DNA of 64,000 nt from Patescibacteria group bacterium (GCA_041662665.1 JBAZSC010000001.1:321511-385510); one strand, 5' to 3'; shown: positions 48,575 through 58,226, numbered from the stretch's first letter. Made by a program: numbers and translations. Notes: generated by a model from the sequence alone, not told the origin.

Positions 48575-48654
48575 TCTAACCAGTTTAGGTTAACCAGTCT
48601 AACTAGTCTAACCAGTTTAGGTTAACCAGTCTAACTAGTCTAACCAGTTTAACC
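48575..48654. repeat. tandem repeat, 32-bp unit x2.5 (TCTAACCAGTTTAGGTTAACCAGTCTAACTAG)
   Basis: Two perfect units plus a partial third. Confidence 0.8.
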
Positions 48655-48974
48655 GCATTTCCGTCTATTTATTAGAGGAGGTGAAATGGTCTCCAGGGAA
48701 TAAATCTTTTCTTTAGTCCTTGCTGAGCCACTTCGGCCTCTAATAAATGGGCAGAATGAAATTTCCAATTACCAATTTCCAATTCACAATAAATTTTCAA
48801 TAAGCAATTTTCAATGACGACAGTGACGATTTGAAAATTAGTAATTGGTCATTTATTGTAAATTGATAATTGGAAATTAGAGATATGTAATCAGTAACTA
48901 GTAATCAAAAAATTGATTCCTAAATACTGATTGCGTGCGAGAGGGGACCAAGAGTCCTCGAGGAGGAAAGGACA

Positions 48975-49196
48975 ATGGCGAATTGCATCATCTGCCACCA
49001 GCGCGTTGCGAGCGGCGGTGACCGGCATGCCAAGGGGCAGTGTCCGGCGAAGAAGAAGGAGCGCGAGCAGAAGGAGAACGAGGTGCAGGCCGGCGATCTC
49101 GCGACCCCGGGTCGCGGAGACGTCGTGCCGCTGGCCGGCAAGACCAGCACCCAGCTCTCCAACAAGGGCAAGTCCCGGGGGTCCAAGTCGGGCTGA
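48975..49196 (+). CDS. small basic protein with CCHC-like zinc knuckle, encoded by a ~65% GC gene
   Basis: MANCIICHQRVASGGDRHAKGQC... K/R-rich tail, with CGAGGAGGAAAGGACA RBS. Third codon positions are almost all G/C. Overlapping ORFs in the other five frames are GC artefacts. Confidence 0.5.
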   Translation: MANCIICHQRVASGGDRHAKGQCPAKKKEREQKENEVQAGDLATPGRGDVVPLAGKTSTQLSNKGKSRGSKSG

Positions 49197-49379
49197 GCCT
49201 GACACGACCCACAAGACGAGCCCAAGTACTAGGTTCTAGTGTCGTTCCGTTTCATCCCCAAGTTCCCCAGATTTTTCTTCAGTTTTCCGCCAGTACCTTC
49301 CATGCCAGACTCTTGTCTGGCCCCACCTGAAATAATAATGATTACATTGTTATTTGAGGCGGTACATTAAAAAATGATC

Positions 49380-49550
49380 AATTTACAATTTTTCACCCTT
49401 CGGGTGACCACCCGCAGGGTGGCAATAAATTACCAATTACCAATTTTCAAAGCGACGATGGTCGTAATTGGAAATTGTTCATTGAAAATTTATTGGAAAT
49501 TGCAAAATTGGTAATTGCCACCCTACGGGTGGTCACCCGAAGGGTGAGAA
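49380..49550. repeat. composite palindrome: CCAATTT/TTCAATT word arms with GC-rich terminal inverted repeats
   Basis: CACCCTTCGGGTGACCACCCGCAGGGTGGC on the left pairs with GCCACCCTACGGGTGGTCACCCGAAGGGTGAG on the right. Same word family at 1830-1947, 48760-48900, 49920-50050 and 50850-50940. Confidence 0.75.
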
Positions 49551-49638
49551 ATTAGGGTTTGCGGTAAAGCAAAGATCTTAAAAAAGATTTTCGCCTTGCT
49601 GCAAAGTGCAGCCTATAGCAGAGAAGGAAAAGTAAACG

Positions 49639-49815
49639 ATGAACGATCAGATGGACGCGGCGGACCGGCGGATCATGGACGAAACGACTGTTCGGCTCGA
49701 AGGCCGGCAGGTCAAGTCCAGCCAGGGAGCTGGTTCCAGGTCGGCAGAAGTGCCAATCTGGAAGATCCGCGCGAGCCGTCGTGCTCTCCCCGCCATGGCA
49801 GTCTACGGCGACTAG
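49639..49815 (+). CDS. small basic hypothetical protein (58 aa) in a GC-rich segment
   Basis: ATG preceded by AGAAGGAAAAG, with GC3-rich codons. Below the track size cut-off. Frame chosen by RBS and GC3; the alternative track frame 49596-49886 starts with TTG. Confidence 0.35.
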   Translation: MNDQMDAADRRIMDETTVRLEGRQVKSSQGAGSRSAEVPIWKIRASRRALPAMAVYGD

Positions 49816-50148
49816 ACCTACCCCCAACTCTTCAGTTTTCCGCTCGTACCCTCCTGTGGTCACTTTTCGTGGCCACCTCAGCTTAAGCAACGATGTGATC
49901 GTTGAGTAAGTAGAGAACGTTACAAAATTATCAATTTCCAATTTACAATTCTCAATAAATTTTCAATGAACGATTTCCAATGGCGATACTCGGTCTGAAA
50001 ATTGAAAATTGGTAATTTATTGGAAATTGTAAAATTGATAATTGGAAATTAAATCTAGCTTTCAGCAGTTTGCCTCAAATTATTTTGAGACACACTATTG
50101 ATAGCTACATCTCGTCCTTTCACCAACTGAAGCACACAAGGAGGAAAA

Positions 50149-50814
50149 ATGCCAAGTAAAGACAAGCCAAGACATGTTTTTGTTAATTGCTTGTTTCATG
50201 AAAACGAAAGGCTTACAGTCACCAACAAGGATGGTGAATTAAAAGCCTGGGGATTTGATGGCGATGTAATAAGTATCATCTCGGAATCCATGTTGCTTAG
50301 CATATCGGGTTCCAATCTGCAACTTGATAAAAGAAAAAAAGCATTGTGTAGATATTTAAAGCTTTTCTTCAACGAAGGAAAACAACCTCCAGCAATTTGT
50401 TTTGAGCATGCAAGGAAGTTGGAATCTGTGTTGTTGCAAATGCGACGATTTCTTCCTAAGGAAAAAGCTAATGTCCAGATTTCTATGATTCCATATCAAG
50501 AAAGTCTGGATAAATGGGCAATCTGGGTAGCCGAAGTAAAAAGAAATAGAGATATTGAAGCTACGAGATTGTGGCGTGAGATTATTTCTAAGCATTTTCC
50601 AGATGATGAAAGTATTGCAGACGAGCAAGACGCAAAAGTGCTTGCTGATCGTCTGTCTTCTGAATGTGTTAGAGAATTATTTGATAAGATACGCAATACT
50701 GCACTTTACCGCAAATCAGAAAAATCTGAATTGCTGAAACAGATCGGATTGTACTTAGCAGAAAAAGCGTATGAAGAAGCAAAAATAAAACATGAAATAG
50801 ATTCTTGGAAGTAG
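50149..50814 (+). CDS. hypothetical protein (221 aa)
   Basis: AAGGAGGAAAA RBS; ~40% GC; no recognisable domain. Confidence 0.5.
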   Translation: MPSKDKPRHVFVNCLFHENERLTVTNKDGELKAWGFDGDVISIISESMLLSISGSNLQLDKRKKALCRYLKLFFNEGKQPPAICFEHARKLESVLLQMRRFLPKEKANVQISMIPYQESLDKWAIWVAEVKRNRDIEATRLWREIISKHFPDDESIADEQDAKVLADRLSSECVRELFDKIRNTALYRKSEKSELLKQIGLYLAEKAYEEAKIKHEIDSWK

Positions 50815-51247
50815 ATGACTGCATTTTAACCTCTGTATGTTTCCAGTTTTTATCAAGTTTTTAATGAATAATTTGCAATAGTTTGAAAATTAATTCATTG
50901 AAAATTTAATAAAAATTAATAATTAGAAATTAAAAATTCGCTGTCAGCCTTTTGCCTCAAATCATTTGGAGACAAAAGATTGATAGCCTGTCCCGTACTA
51001 TGTTTCTGGTGAATATAAAAAAACATTGATTACTTTAGGAATTTAATCAATGCAACAAACAATATTTATTAGATACTTAGTATGGGATTAATGCTAGAAC
51101 ACTGACAACTTGGAAGGTAAAAATAATAGTCAAAAGTGTTAACTGTTAAGTGTTAATGGTTAACTGTTTGAAGTTGGCACATCGCGGCCAGGCAAGGCCG
51201 CGTTCGCGCGCGAGTAGATTCCGCTTGTGTCAGAGGAGGAGAGCGAC

Positions 51248-53515
51248 ATGTCGACCAACTGCGAGCCGAAGAGCGTCAGCACCGTCAACACCGTCACCGA
51301 GGAGAAGGAGGTGAAGCCCGCCCGGGTGCGCAAGCCCCGGGTGAAGGTCGAGAAGGAAGAGCAGGAGCAGTTCAACGAGGATGGCACGAAGAAGGATGTG
51401 AAGGACGAGGCCCCGCCCAAGAAGCGGAGCCACCACAAGAAGGTCGAGAAGTCCGTCGCCGTCGAGACCGAGACCGCCGAGCCCGCCCCGCCCGCCGAGT
51501 CCACCCCCAAGGTGGCGTCGGTGGCGGTGGTCGAGCAGCCGGTCCAGGTCGCCCCGCCCGCCGCGCCCCAGCCCGAGCCCCCCAAGAAGGGCGAGGTCGA
51601 GGACGTCAACGAGGACGAGGACAAGGACGGCGAGAGCGAGGGTGAGGACGAGGAGCAGGAGACCAGCGAGGAGGCGCTGGAGGACGCCCAGATCAACGAC
51701 CTGGAGTTCCAGAAGAAGATGAGCGAGCTCCCCCGGCACGAGCAGATCCGGCGGCAGAAGGCCCGCAACCGGGTCATCACGAGCAACCGGCGCAGCCGCA
51801 AGACGGCGGCGCAGGACAAGAACCGCGCGGAGCACAACGAGATGCGCGAGGCCGGGCGGCCGGAGGTGAAGATCACCATCCCGGACCCCCTGATCTGCAG
51901 CGCCCACGCCGGTGAAGTCCTGAAGCTCGAGGACGCCTACTCGCTGAACAGCAGCGTGGTCTACGAGCTGACCCAGGTGAGCCAGGAAGGCAAGACCGAG
52001 GCGCAGACCAAGATCCTGAAGTTCGTGGTGAGCAAGCTCGCTCCGCTGTTCCGGTTCAACTGCGAGACCATCCCGGCCTACTGCAAGACGGTGGTGGACG
52101 TGCTGGCGAAGAACATCGCGGCCGTCCAGCCCCTCATCGCGCACGAGAAGAAGGCGCGGTGGGAGAGCCGGATCGTCATGCCCTACGCGGCCGCGCTCCG
52201 GCACTTCGCCGAGAGCAAGGCCGCGGTCGAGGGCAAGCAGCAGAACGTCAAGGACCGGCAGAACAAGGAGGCGTGGGCCTGGTTCGACGAGAACATCGGC
52301 AAGTTTCACGCCGAGCTGGTCGGGCTGCGCAGCGTCGAGGAGATCGTCGGCAAGATCGACATCCTGAACGGCCTGAACGACAAGTGTCTCGACACCTTGC
52401 GCCACCACTTCCTCGAGACCCTGCCCGTGATGCGCTACAGCGAGCCCGGCAAGATGCTGGGTCAGCTGCTGCGCGAGCGGGGCAAGAAGTACGAGCAGGT
52501 GCAGATCGAGGAGCAGCGGGCCCGCAAGGCCGAGGCCGACGAGAAGCGCAGGAAGGAGGAAGAGAAGGCTCTGGCCGGGCTGGGCGAGCTCGAAGGGCTG
52601 TTCGGTGGCGAGGAGAAGCAGGGCGAGGAGCAGGACGAGGAGCCCAGCGAGCGTGACGAGAACGAGAAGCGGATCGGCAAGTGGCTGGAGAAGCTTGTCG
52701 GCGGGAAGATGCACAGCGCGGCCGGGCTGATGACGCCCAGCGCCCTGCGCGAGATCTTCGCCGCGGATCCGGGCGCCGAGGTCTACTCGGCCTGCCCGTT
52801 CAGCCAGCAGGCGCCGGGGACCCAGTACTCCACCTACGTGAACCGGAAGGGCGACAACGAGCCCCTCTTCGCGACGGTGACGGTCCCGACCCTCGTGGTC
52901 GAGACCGACGACGAGGGTCAACCGATCTGCGACGGCAAGGGGCGGCCCAAGCCGTGGATCAACCCCCGTACGAGCAAGACGCAGTACGAGGGGCAGATCG
53001 CGGTGCTGACGAAGCACGAGGCCCGCTGGGCCGCGTCGATCCGCATCCGCCAGATGGCCGAGGAGCAGGTGAACAACGGCCGGTACGACTCGCTGGAGGA
53101 GGCCATCAACGGCATCCATCAGGAAGTCAACCAGGCCAAGACCAACCTCTGGGCGGCCAAGAAGGAGTTCAACGAGGCCAAGGTCTCCGGCGACCAGAGC
53201 CGCATCGACGCGGCCGAGGAGCGCCTGAACCAGGCCAAGGAGGTCATGAACCATCTGAGCGACGACCGTCGTCCGTGGTACCAGGGGATGCTCGAGGGAA
53301 GCCTCGGTGTCCTCAAGTACTACGATCTCAAGAACACGGTCGAGATGCTCAACAAGCCCCGTGAAGAGCGGCCCGCCAAGCGCAACACGCGCGGCGGCGG
53401 GACCCACGGCAACTACGAGCAGGAGCAGTCCCAGGGCGCGAGCGCGGAAGAGCAGGAGGCCTTCTTCCGCAGCCAGAACAACCAGAGCTTCGCCAACAAG
53501 GCCCGCCAGGTCTGA
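51248..53515 (+). CDS. large hypothetical protein (755 aa) with K/E/P/A-rich disordered N-terminus and coiled-coil segments, encoded by a ~65% GC, GC3-saturated gene
   Basis: ATG at 51248, 6 nt after GAGGAGGAG. Codons are almost exclusively NNC/NNG. The antisense 785-aa ORF (51230-53587) is a GC artefact (L/G/R/A-rich). Confidence 0.6.
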   Translation: MSTNCEPKSVSTVNTVTEEKEVKPARVRKPRVKVEKEEQEQFNEDGTKKDVKDEAPPKKRSHHKKVEKSVAVETETAEPAPPAESTPKVASVAVVEQPVQVAPPAAPQPEPPKKGEVEDVNEDEDKDGESEGEDEEQETSEEALEDAQINDLEFQKKMSELPRHEQIRRQKARNRVITSNRRSRKTAAQDKNRAEHNEMREAGRPEVKITIPDPLICSAHAGEVLKLEDAYSLNSSVVYELTQVSQEGKTEAQTKILKFVVSKLAPLFRFNCETIPAYCKTVVDVLAKNIAAVQPLIAHEKKARWESRIVMPYAAALRHFAESKAAVEGKQQNVKDRQNKEAWAWFDENIGKFHAELVGLRSVEEIVGKIDILNGLNDKCLDTLRHHFLETLPVMRYSEPGKMLGQLLRERGKKYEQVQIEEQRARKAEADEKRRKEEEKALAGLGELEGLFGGEEKQGEEQDEEPSERDENEKRIGKWLEKLVGGKMHSAAGLMTPSALREIFAADPGAEVYSACPFSQQAPGTQYSTYVNRKGDNEPLFATVTVPTLVVETDDEGQPICDGKGRPKPWINPRTSKTQYEGQIAVLTKHEARWAASIRIRQMAEEQVNNGRYDSLEEAINGIHQEVNQAKTNLWAAKKEFNEAKVSGDQSRIDAAEERLNQAKEVMNHLSDDRRPWYQGMLEGSLGVLKYYDLKNTVEMLNKPREERPAKRNTRGGGTHGNYEQEQSQGASAEEQEAFFRSQNNQSFANKARQV

Positions 53516-53622
53516 ACCTTCCAACAACCCGCCCCCGGGACAAGTCCAAGCTTTAAGCTTGTAACCTTGCTCCCTGGCGCGCGGCACACTACCATTCCAG
53601 TTCTTTCATTCCCGTTCCTTCA

Positions 53623-53650
53623 GAAGACCCTTACCGGTCTTCTTTTTTTT
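53623..53650 (+). terminator. rho-independent terminator after the 755-aa gene
   Basis: GAAGACC-cttacc-GGTCTTC hairpin plus T8. Confidence 0.7.
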
Positions 53651-53773
53651 CACTAAGTTATCAGTTAACAGTTGAAAGTTATAAGTTACGTCAATTTACT
53701 CTTGCCATTTTTCAAGATTCCTGCTATCATTGCAGTATAGCTTATAACTTACAACTTTTAACTTATAACTTCG

Positions 53774-53929
53774 ATGCCACAAGATAATCTCATTAAATTA
53801 GAATGCACTGTTTGCAAGAGCATTAATTATTATTCTCGCAAGAACAAAAAAGTTCTTAAAAATAAAATTGAGATCAAAAAATTCTGCAAGAAATGCAAGA
53901 AACATACTCTACACAAAGAGACTAAATAA
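53774..53929 (+). CDS. rpmG: 50S ribosomal protein L33
   Basis: MPQDNLIKLECTVCKSINYYSRKNKKVLKNKIEIKKFCKKCKKHTLHKETK. Below the track size cut-off; classic L33 zinc ribbon. Confidence 0.85.
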   Translation: MPQDNLIKLECTVCKSINYYSRKNKKVLKNKIEIKKFCKKCKKHTLHKETK

Positions 53930-54043
53930 CAAATTCCAAATTCCAAACAAATCCCAAATTACAAAAAACAAACCAATAAAACAATTTTGTAGTTTGTGAT
54001 TTGTAATTTGTTTGTGTTTTTGGGATTTGGGATTTTAACACAA

Positions 54044-54114
54044 GGGGATGTAGTTAAATGGTATAACTGCGGTCTCCAAAACCGCTGTCGAGGGTTCGAT
54101 TCCTTCCATCCCCG
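54044..54114 (+). tRNA. tRNA-Trp(CCA)
   Basis: Acceptor GGGGATG/CATCCCC, anticodon loop CTCCAAA, T-arm GAGGG-TTCGATT-CCTTC. Confidence 0.85.
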
Positions 54115-54337
54115 TTCTATTTATGCTACAATATTAATATGAGCACAAATAGTCGGGAAAATTTTTTAAAGATCTATGCCAATATACCATTGAGTATTAG
54201 GCAAGAGATTGTTATAACTTTAGATGATAAGCCAATCACATGGGATGTGGCTTTTTTTTGAGATTCAAAATAGTACTAAGAAAAGCAAAATAATTTTAGA
54301 AAAATTAGAATTATTAGAAATTATTTAAGATAATAAT

Positions 54338-54616
54338 ATGAAAAATAACGACACTTTAATTAAAAAAGCTGATGTTCAAAAAATCGCTGACAACGGAACA
54401 AGAATTTACGAAAAAGTAAAAACAGAATATGATCCAAAAGAAAAAGGAAAATTTTTAGCAATTGATATTGATAGCAAAAAATTATATTTAGGAAAAACAA
54501 GCATTGAGGCAGTTGAAAAGGCAAAGCAAGTACATCCAAACAAAGTTTTTTTTGTTGTTAAAATAGGCTACGATACCGTAGAATCAATGGCAAGATTATT
54601 TTCTAAAACAAAATAA
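54338..54616 (+). CDS. small hypothetical protein (often found upstream of retropepsin-like proteases)
   Basis: 92 aa; translationally coupled (3-nt gap) to the next gene. Confidence 0.5.
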   Translation: MKNNDTLIKKADVQKIADNGTRIYEKVKTEYDPKEKGKFLAIDIDSKKLYLGKTSIEAVEKAKQVHPNKVFFVVKIGYDTVESMARLFSKTK

Positions 54617-54618
54617 AA

Positions 54619-54987
54619 ATGATTAAGGGAATTTTTATTGAAAATACGCCTTTCATTAAAATTATTATTGGCTGGGAACAATCAATACAAACGCCTTTTG
54701 CAATACTTGATACAGGATTTACCGGTGATTTACAAGTTACTCCAAAAATTGCCAAAGAATTAGGATTAGAAGTAATTGAAGTTATCAAGATGCAAATGGC
54801 AAACGGACAAATTGTTGAAATTCCAGCTGCTCATGCCGTAGTTGTAATGGAAGGCAAAAAGGAATTAGTTCAAGTTTTAATTTCTGAAAATCTGCCTTTA
54901 ATTGGCATCAGCTTATTATCGAAATTTAAGTACAAAGCTATTCTAAATTGCAAACATAAAACAGTTGAATTAGAAAAAGCTAAATAA
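54619..54987 (+). CDS. retropepsin-like (clan AA) aspartic protease
   Basis: ILDTGFTGDL contains the D-T/S-G active-site motif, inside a ~120-aa fold. Confidence 0.65.
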   Translation: MIKGIFIENTPFIKIIIGWEQSIQTPFAILDTGFTGDLQVTPKIAKELGLEVIEVIKMQMANGQIVEIPAAHAVVVMEGKKELVQVLISENLPLIGISLLSKFKYKAILNCKHKTVELEKAK

Positions 54988-55006
54988 ATTTCAATAAAAC
55001 AAAAAA

Positions 55007-55372
55007 ATGACAAAAGAAGACATAAAAGAAATGCGTAAGATAGTTTCTGAAACAACTGGAAAATTAATTAAGGATTCAGAAGAAAGAATGGAGAAAAAAA
55101 TGCGCATAGTTTTTTGCGAAGGCGCAGAAAAATTGATTTTGCCAAGTGTTAAAAGTATGATTAAAGATTCAGAAAATAAAATAGATCTTAAGTTGGAAAA
55201 ACAAAAAAAAGAAATTGTGCATGAATTACAAGATAGCAATGATGCTTTGGCTAAAGAAGTAAAAGATTTCAGAGAAGAACAGGCTTCGAAGAGTTATGTT
55301 TTGGAACAATTAGACGAAAAATATATTGATCATGAAAAGCGCATTATCGTTTTGGAAGAAAAAACAGCTTAA
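55007..55372 (+). CDS. hypothetical coiled-coil protein
   Basis: 121 aa, K/E-rich. Confidence 0.45.
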   Translation: MTKEDIKEMRKIVSETTGKLIKDSEERMEKKMRIVFCEGAEKLILPSVKSMIKDSENKIDLKLEKQKKEIVHELQDSNDALAKEVKDFREEQASKSYVLEQLDEKYIDHEKRIIVLEEKTA

Positions 55373-55391
55373 ATTTTAATATAAAACAAAA

Positions 55392-56783
55392 ATGACAAAA
55401 AAATTATCAACAATTTTAGCGCTAATTTTCGGGCTATTTTTTTTGTTTCAAAATTCTCATGCAGCTAATCCTTGGCCAGCTGGAACTGGCACTGATATTG
55501 GCACAAATTTACCGCCAGACCCTATAGTTTATGAACCAAGCGGTCTTGCGTGGCAAAGCAGATTAGGTACTTTGTTTGTCGTAGGCGATTCAGGCAATAT
55601 TACAGAAATGACTAACGATGGCAGTATTTTACATAATTGGTATTATGGCAGCGCCTTTGATTTAGAAGGCATCGCCGTTGCCAATCCAGATTCTAATTAT
55701 GTTTATGTCGGTCGTGAAGATAATCGCACAATTTATGAATTTGATTTAAATACTTGGCAATTATCTGGAAAATCTTGGGATTTGTCATCTTGGATGCCGG
55801 ATATTCCAAATCAAGGCTTAGAGGCATTAACATATGTTCCAAATGGGGATCATCCATATTCTAATTCTGCTTCAGGTGGTTTATTTTACGCCGGTCATCA
55901 AAGTGATGGCAAAATTTATGTTTTTGATGTCAATTTAAGTGCTAGCGGTTCAGTCAATTTTATCAGCACAATTACTCCTCAAGCTGGAACAACAGATTTA
56001 TCAGGTCTTGATTTTGAGCCATCAACCCAAATTTTATATGCCATTTTTGATAGTTCAGATTTATTAGTAGAAATGCAAGCAAATGGCACAGTTTTAAATA
56101 GCTATAATGTGCCAGGAACAGCACAAGAGGGAATTTCTGTACAACCAAATTGTCCAAACACAACTACAAATATTTATTTAGCAGAAGATGCTACTCCACA
56201 GATTTTTAAATATTCAAATTATCCAAATTATTATCAAAATTGTACACAAGTTATTGAAGAGGAAGAAAGACAACAAGAAGAAGAGAATCTTCAAGACGAT
56301 TCAAGAATAACTTTAGTGCAAGCTTTAAATGGCTATACTTTAACTGGTCAAAAATTAATAATTTATTTCAAGAATTTACCAAGCAATTTAACAAAAGATT
56401 CAGCCTATTGGATGAAATGGACACAATATAATAAATATCCTCCAAAATGGATTAATAAAGAAAATAAGACTCTAAAAAGATATTGGCGTCTTGAAACAAA
56501 TCTCAAAAATTACGTTCCAGCTGATTCTACACAAAAATATAAGATTCAAGTTACTTTTAAATATAATAAAAAGCTTTATAATAATTTAAAGAAAAAACAA
56601 AGTGATCTAAAAAAATCAGATTTAATTTTAAAATTTAGAACAAAAAAAACAGAATGGAAAAAATTAACTAAATACTGGAAGAACACAAAAATTGTTCACG
56701 TCAAAAATAAAAGACAAATTAAAGTTAAATATTTTACGAAATTCAAAAAGACAAATTACTATTTCGGCATTGGCGTTGAATAG
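55392..56783 (+). CDS. secreted beta-propeller-like protein with Lys-rich C-terminal tail
   Basis: Signal peptide, repeated hydrophobic/Gly/Asp blades (SdiA-regulated/SMP-30-like feel), and a K-rich tail. Confidence 0.5.
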   Translation: MTKKLSTILALIFGLFFLFQNSHAANPWPAGTGTDIGTNLPPDPIVYEPSGLAWQSRLGTLFVVGDSGNITEMTNDGSILHNWYYGSAFDLEGIAVANPDSNYVYVGREDNRTIYEFDLNTWQLSGKSWDLSSWMPDIPNQGLEALTYVPNGDHPYSNSASGGLFYAGHQSDGKIYVFDVNLSASGSVNFISTITPQAGTTDLSGLDFEPSTQILYAIFDSSDLLVEMQANGTVLNSYNVPGTAQEGISVQPNCPNTTTNIYLAEDATPQIFKYSNYPNYYQNCTQVIEEEERQQEEENLQDDSRITLVQALNGYTLTGQKLIIYFKNLPSNLTKDSAYWMKWTQYNKYPPKWINKENKTLKRYWRLETNLKNYVPADSTQKYKIQVTFKYNKKLYNNLKKKQSDLKKSDLILKFRTKKTEWKKLTKYWKNTKIVHVKNKRQIKVKYFTKFKKTNYYFGIGVE

Positions 56784-56940
56784 TTTTTTTACGAGAATTA
56801 TGAATAATGAATCAGGAATCATGACTTGAATAATGAGTAATGAATTTAGAATTCGATATTCTTAATTCATGCTTCAAATCATGATTCATAATTCGTTATT
56901 CATAATTCTTTTTTGATTGACTTTATTTTAATCTCAGAAT
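56784..56940. repeat. long imperfect palindrome, ATTCATAATTC/GAATTATGAAT word family
   Basis: A second copy of the family lies at 63410-63510. Confidence 0.75.
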
Positions 56941-56954
56941 AAACTATACCAGTT

Positions 56955-58148
56955 ATGACAAGAAAACCAGAAATAATGAGCCCAATTCGCGATTTTGCCT
57001 CACTAGCCGCCTGCAAAAATTATGCAGATGCAGTCTATTTTGGCATCTCTGATAGTCTAAGCATGCGCGCTCATTCAGGTATTAAGATAGGCTATATGGC
57101 TAAATTCATTAAAAAATGCCACTCCTTTAAGATCAAGGCCTATCTAACAATTAATAGCGCTATCTATAATAACGATTTAACTAGAGCAGAAAAACTGATA
57201 AAAAAGGCTAAGGCATCAAAAATAGATGCCATTATCATCTGGGATTTGAGTTTAATTGAAATAGCTAAAAAATACCGCCTACCTTTTTTCATCTCAACTC
57301 AAGCCAATATTTGTAATTTTAAAACAGCCCAATTTTACCAAAAATTAGGCGCCAAAAGAATCGTTTTAGCGAGAGAAATGTCTTTAAAACAAATTAAAGA
57401 ATTAAGAAAAAAAGTTAAAATTGAAATAGAAACATTTGTTCATGGCGCAATGTGTTTGGCAATTTCTGGACGCTGTATTCTATCAAGCTATTTATATGAC
57501 ACATCTGCAAATTGCGGAGCCTGTGCACAGCCTTGCCGTAAAGAATGGATTTTGCAAGATTCAGAAGGAAACAAATTAGTTAATCAAGGCCAATATTTTA
57601 TGTCTGCCAAAGATTTGTGCATGATTAAATATGTTCCAGAATTAATTAAAGCAGGTATAGATTCATTTAAGATTGAAGGCAGACGCAGAGATCCAAGATA
57701 TATTGAAGTTACTTCTCGCTGTTATAAAGAAGCAGTTGATTCATATTTTGATAAAACCTTTAGCTTAGAAAAAGTAAAAAAATGGCAATCAGAATTAAAT
57801 ACTGTTTATAATCGAGGCTATTCAACTGGTTTTTATTTTAGCAAACCAGATAAGTCAGGCATTAGTTATGAAAAAGCTGATAATGCAAGCATTGTTAAAA
57901 AAGTTTTAATTGGCTATGTCACAAATTATTATGCTAATATAAATGTTGCTGAAATTGATTTAAAACATCATTCGCTAAAAATTGGTGATAAAATTTTAGT
58001 AGAAGGCAAGACTTCTTTCTTTGAACTAAAAATTAGTTCACTTGAAAATAATCATCATAAAATTCAGAAAGCTAAAAAAGGCGAAATTGTCGCTGTTAAA
58101 ATGGATAAGAGAGTAAGAAAAAATGACAAAATTTTTATTTTAGAATAA
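56955..58148 (+). CDS. peptidase U32 family protein
   Basis: GAMCLAISGRCILSSYL...CGACAQPCRKEW, the U32 signature region. Confidence 0.75.
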   Translation: MTRKPEIMSPIRDFASLAACKNYADAVYFGISDSLSMRAHSGIKIGYMAKFIKKCHSFKIKAYLTINSAIYNNDLTRAEKLIKKAKASKIDAIIIWDLSLIEIAKKYRLPFFISTQANICNFKTAQFYQKLGAKRIVLAREMSLKQIKELRKKVKIEIETFVHGAMCLAISGRCILSSYLYDTSANCGACAQPCRKEWILQDSEGNKLVNQGQYFMSAKDLCMIKYVPELIKAGIDSFKIEGRRRDPRYIEVTSRCYKEAVDSYFDKTFSLEKVKKWQSELNTVYNRGYSTGFYFSKPDKSGISYEKADNASIVKKVLIGYVTNYYANINVAEIDLKHHSLKIGDKILVEGKTSFFELKISSLENNHHKIQKAKKGEIVAVKMDKRVRKNDKIFILE

Positions 58149-58150
58149 TT

Positions 58151-58226
58151 TGTCATTCTGAGCGAAGCGAAGAATCCCATTAATGAGCAATATAATCATG
58201 GGATCCTTCGCTTCGCTCAGGATGAC
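58151..58226. repeat. palindromic dispersed repeat, GTCATTCTGAGCGAAGCGAAGAATCC...GGATCCTTCGCTTCGCTCAGGATGAC family
   Basis: Near-perfect ~28-bp arms. Other copies at 43190-43271, 45682-45750 and 59016-59094. Confidence 0.8.

Noticed and set aside
48575-48654. Possible CRISPR array (short direct repeats downstream of a promoter)
   Set aside because: The units are contiguous with no unique spacers, there are only 2.5 units, and there are no cas genes. It is a plain tandem repeat.
48891-49941. About eight overlapping ORFs in all frames across the two small GC-rich segments
   Set aside because: High GC suppresses stop codons in every frame. Only the frames with a correctly spaced GGAGG RBS and GC3 bias (48975-49196, 49639-49815) were kept.
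51230-53587. 785-aa minus-strand ORF fully overlapping the 755-aa gene, plus nested 52159-53564 ORFs
   Set aside because: The translation is low-complexity L/G/R/A/V and there is no start context. This is the classic antisense shadow of a GC3-saturated gene.
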